Shown: piece after piece, positions 56,655 through 57,089 of the stretch
How positions within the stretch are numbered: position 1 is the first letter of the stretch
How the letters are laid out: the number at the start of each line of letters is the position of its first letter
Origin: a virus
Length of the DNA: 57,089 nucleotides
Virus record (IMG/VR): IMGVR_UViG_3300025867_000001
Strand: one strand, 5' to 3'
Program-made: the position numbers and the translations under genes
The notes under the pieces: generated by a model
What the model was told of the DNA's origin: nothing
Seen by the model: only the letters and a program-made list of their open reading frames with translations
The model's database searches: none

Positions 56655-56677
56655 ATTTGCACCCAAAAGTGAAGCGG
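56655..56677. repeat. Iteron-like element, direct copy 1.
   Basis: atttgcacccaaaagtgaagcgg compared with atttgcaccctaaaaatgaagcc at 56841. Confidence 0.65.
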
Positions 56678-56840
56678 ACCTAAAAACATGCCCAAAATAC
56701 CCCCAAAAACCCCGTTTTTAGGCCCTTTTTAGGCCTTTTTTGACCCTTTTTTAGGCTTCATTTTTTTTTCAAAAACGAAGCCGCTTCACTTTTTTTTGAA
56801 GCCTAGGCCTCCGCTTCGTTTTTTTCACCCCATTTTTCGG

Positions 56841-56863
56841 ATTTGCACCCTAAAAATGAAGCC
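56841..56863. repeat. Iteron-like element, direct copy 2.
   Basis: 19 of 23 identities with 56655-56677. Confidence 0.65.
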
Positions 56864-57089
56864 TAAAGTGGCCACTCTTCTCGCACAAAAATCTGCATTT
56901 GGTCCCATAAATTCAGTTTTTTGAAGTTTTTCTCAACGTCCTTTACCACGAAAATTCCGCCCGTTCCGTCCTTAGAATACTTCCTCTCTAACCAGTTTTC
57001 CAACGCGTTTCCCACCGGTTCAGAGATTCCACCTAGGTAAGAATCGTCATACTGCAACACTTTTAAGTTCCCAACAAGCTTCCAAAAGA
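56863..57089 (-). CDS. C-terminal part of the junction-spanning hypothetical gene (see 1..458).
   Basis: Same frame as 1..458 once the 127-bp overlap is collapsed. Stop TAG at 56865-56863. Confidence 0.7.
   Translation of the reverse strand, partial: FWKLVGNLKVLQYDDSYLGGISEPVGNALENWLERKYSKDGTGGIFVVKDVEKNFKKLNLWDQMQIFVREEWPL
56963..57089. repeat. Terminal direct repeat copy B, identical to 1..127.
   Basis: Exact 127-bp identity with the window start. Confidence 0.95.

Larger units (their letters stand above)
56508..56862. other. Non-coding control region; putative replication origin plus the replicase promoter.
   Basis: 355 bp with no credible ORF. It contains three copies of TTTGCACCC, phased T5-6 tracts at about 11-bp spacing (56714-56770), and GAAGC(C/G)G / CCGCTTC palindromic motifs. 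Confidence 0.5.

Noticed and set aside
56495-56695. A 66-aa minus-strand ORF inside the origin-like region.
   Set aside because: It has no SD, consists of AT-rich repeat-derived sequence, and overlaps the replicase start.
56963-57089. The 127-bp terminal repeat read as a biological direct terminal repeat.
   Set aside because: The exact length of 127 equals a typical maximum assembler k-mer, and the repeat falls inside a coding sequence that is restored by circularisation. It cannot be fully excluded without reads.
1-57089. A search by eye for CRISPR arrays, DGR (reverse transcriptase plus TR/VR), integrase or repressor lysogeny genes, rRNA and canonical tRNAs.
   Set aside because: I found no spaced identical repeats with unique spacers, no RT motifs (YxDD) in any ORF, no tyrosine or serine recombinase signatures, and no canonical cloverleaf with an anticodon loop.

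Overview
The window is a complete, circularly assembled tailed-phage genome. It has about 56,962 bp of unique sequence, and bases 1-127 are identical to 56963-57089. Every credible gene (about 75) is on the minus strand; the plus-strand ORFs in the track look like shadow ORFs.

Modules in transcription order (descending coordinates):
- 56.86-56.51 kb: non-coding, origin-like control region.
- 56.5-49.8 kb: replication genes. These are a 1307-aa SF3 helicase / AEP primase / family-B polymerase fusion, an SSB-like protein, an SF2 helicase, a VRR-NUC nuclease and a PD-(D/E)xK nuclease.
- 49.8-47.0 kb: a 948-aa protein carrying both double-psi-beta-barrel signatures of two-barrel RNA polymerases, flanked by HTH domains.
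- 46.5-17.1 kb: packaging and morphogenesis genes. These are TerS, HNH, TerL, three paralogous proteins, portal, a prohead protease-capsid fusion, major tail protein, chaperones, an amidase endolysin, a 2663-aa tape measure, Dit/Tal, fibres and XkdX.
- 17.0-0.5 kb: an accessory and nucleotide-metabolism region. It holds holins, many tiny membrane peptides, a MazG-like protein, DNA ligase, a ThyX-like protein, dUTPase, NrdD/NrdG, a glutaredoxin fusion and a FEN.

Signals suggest a Firmicutes-type anaerobic host: strong AGGAGG Shine-Dalgarno sites, XkdX, an LL-H-type holin, amidase plus SH3b, and class III RNR. I recognised no integrase, repressor, reverse transcriptase, CRISPR array, rRNA or canonical tRNA.

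Most notable observations:
1. The compact YonO / crAss-gp66 / QDE-1-like RNA polymerase candidate.
2. A roughly 25-aa motif shared by that polymerase and three proteins encoded between TerL and portal, possibly a virion-cargo tag.
3. A 14-copy phage-specific promoter-like consensus (TCGCA-N6-AACAT-N4-TATAAT-GAGAA) without a canonical -35 element.
4. A promoter-proximal tRNA-like cloverleaf that lacks an anticodon loop.

All functional calls come from reading motifs by eye. No database search was run.
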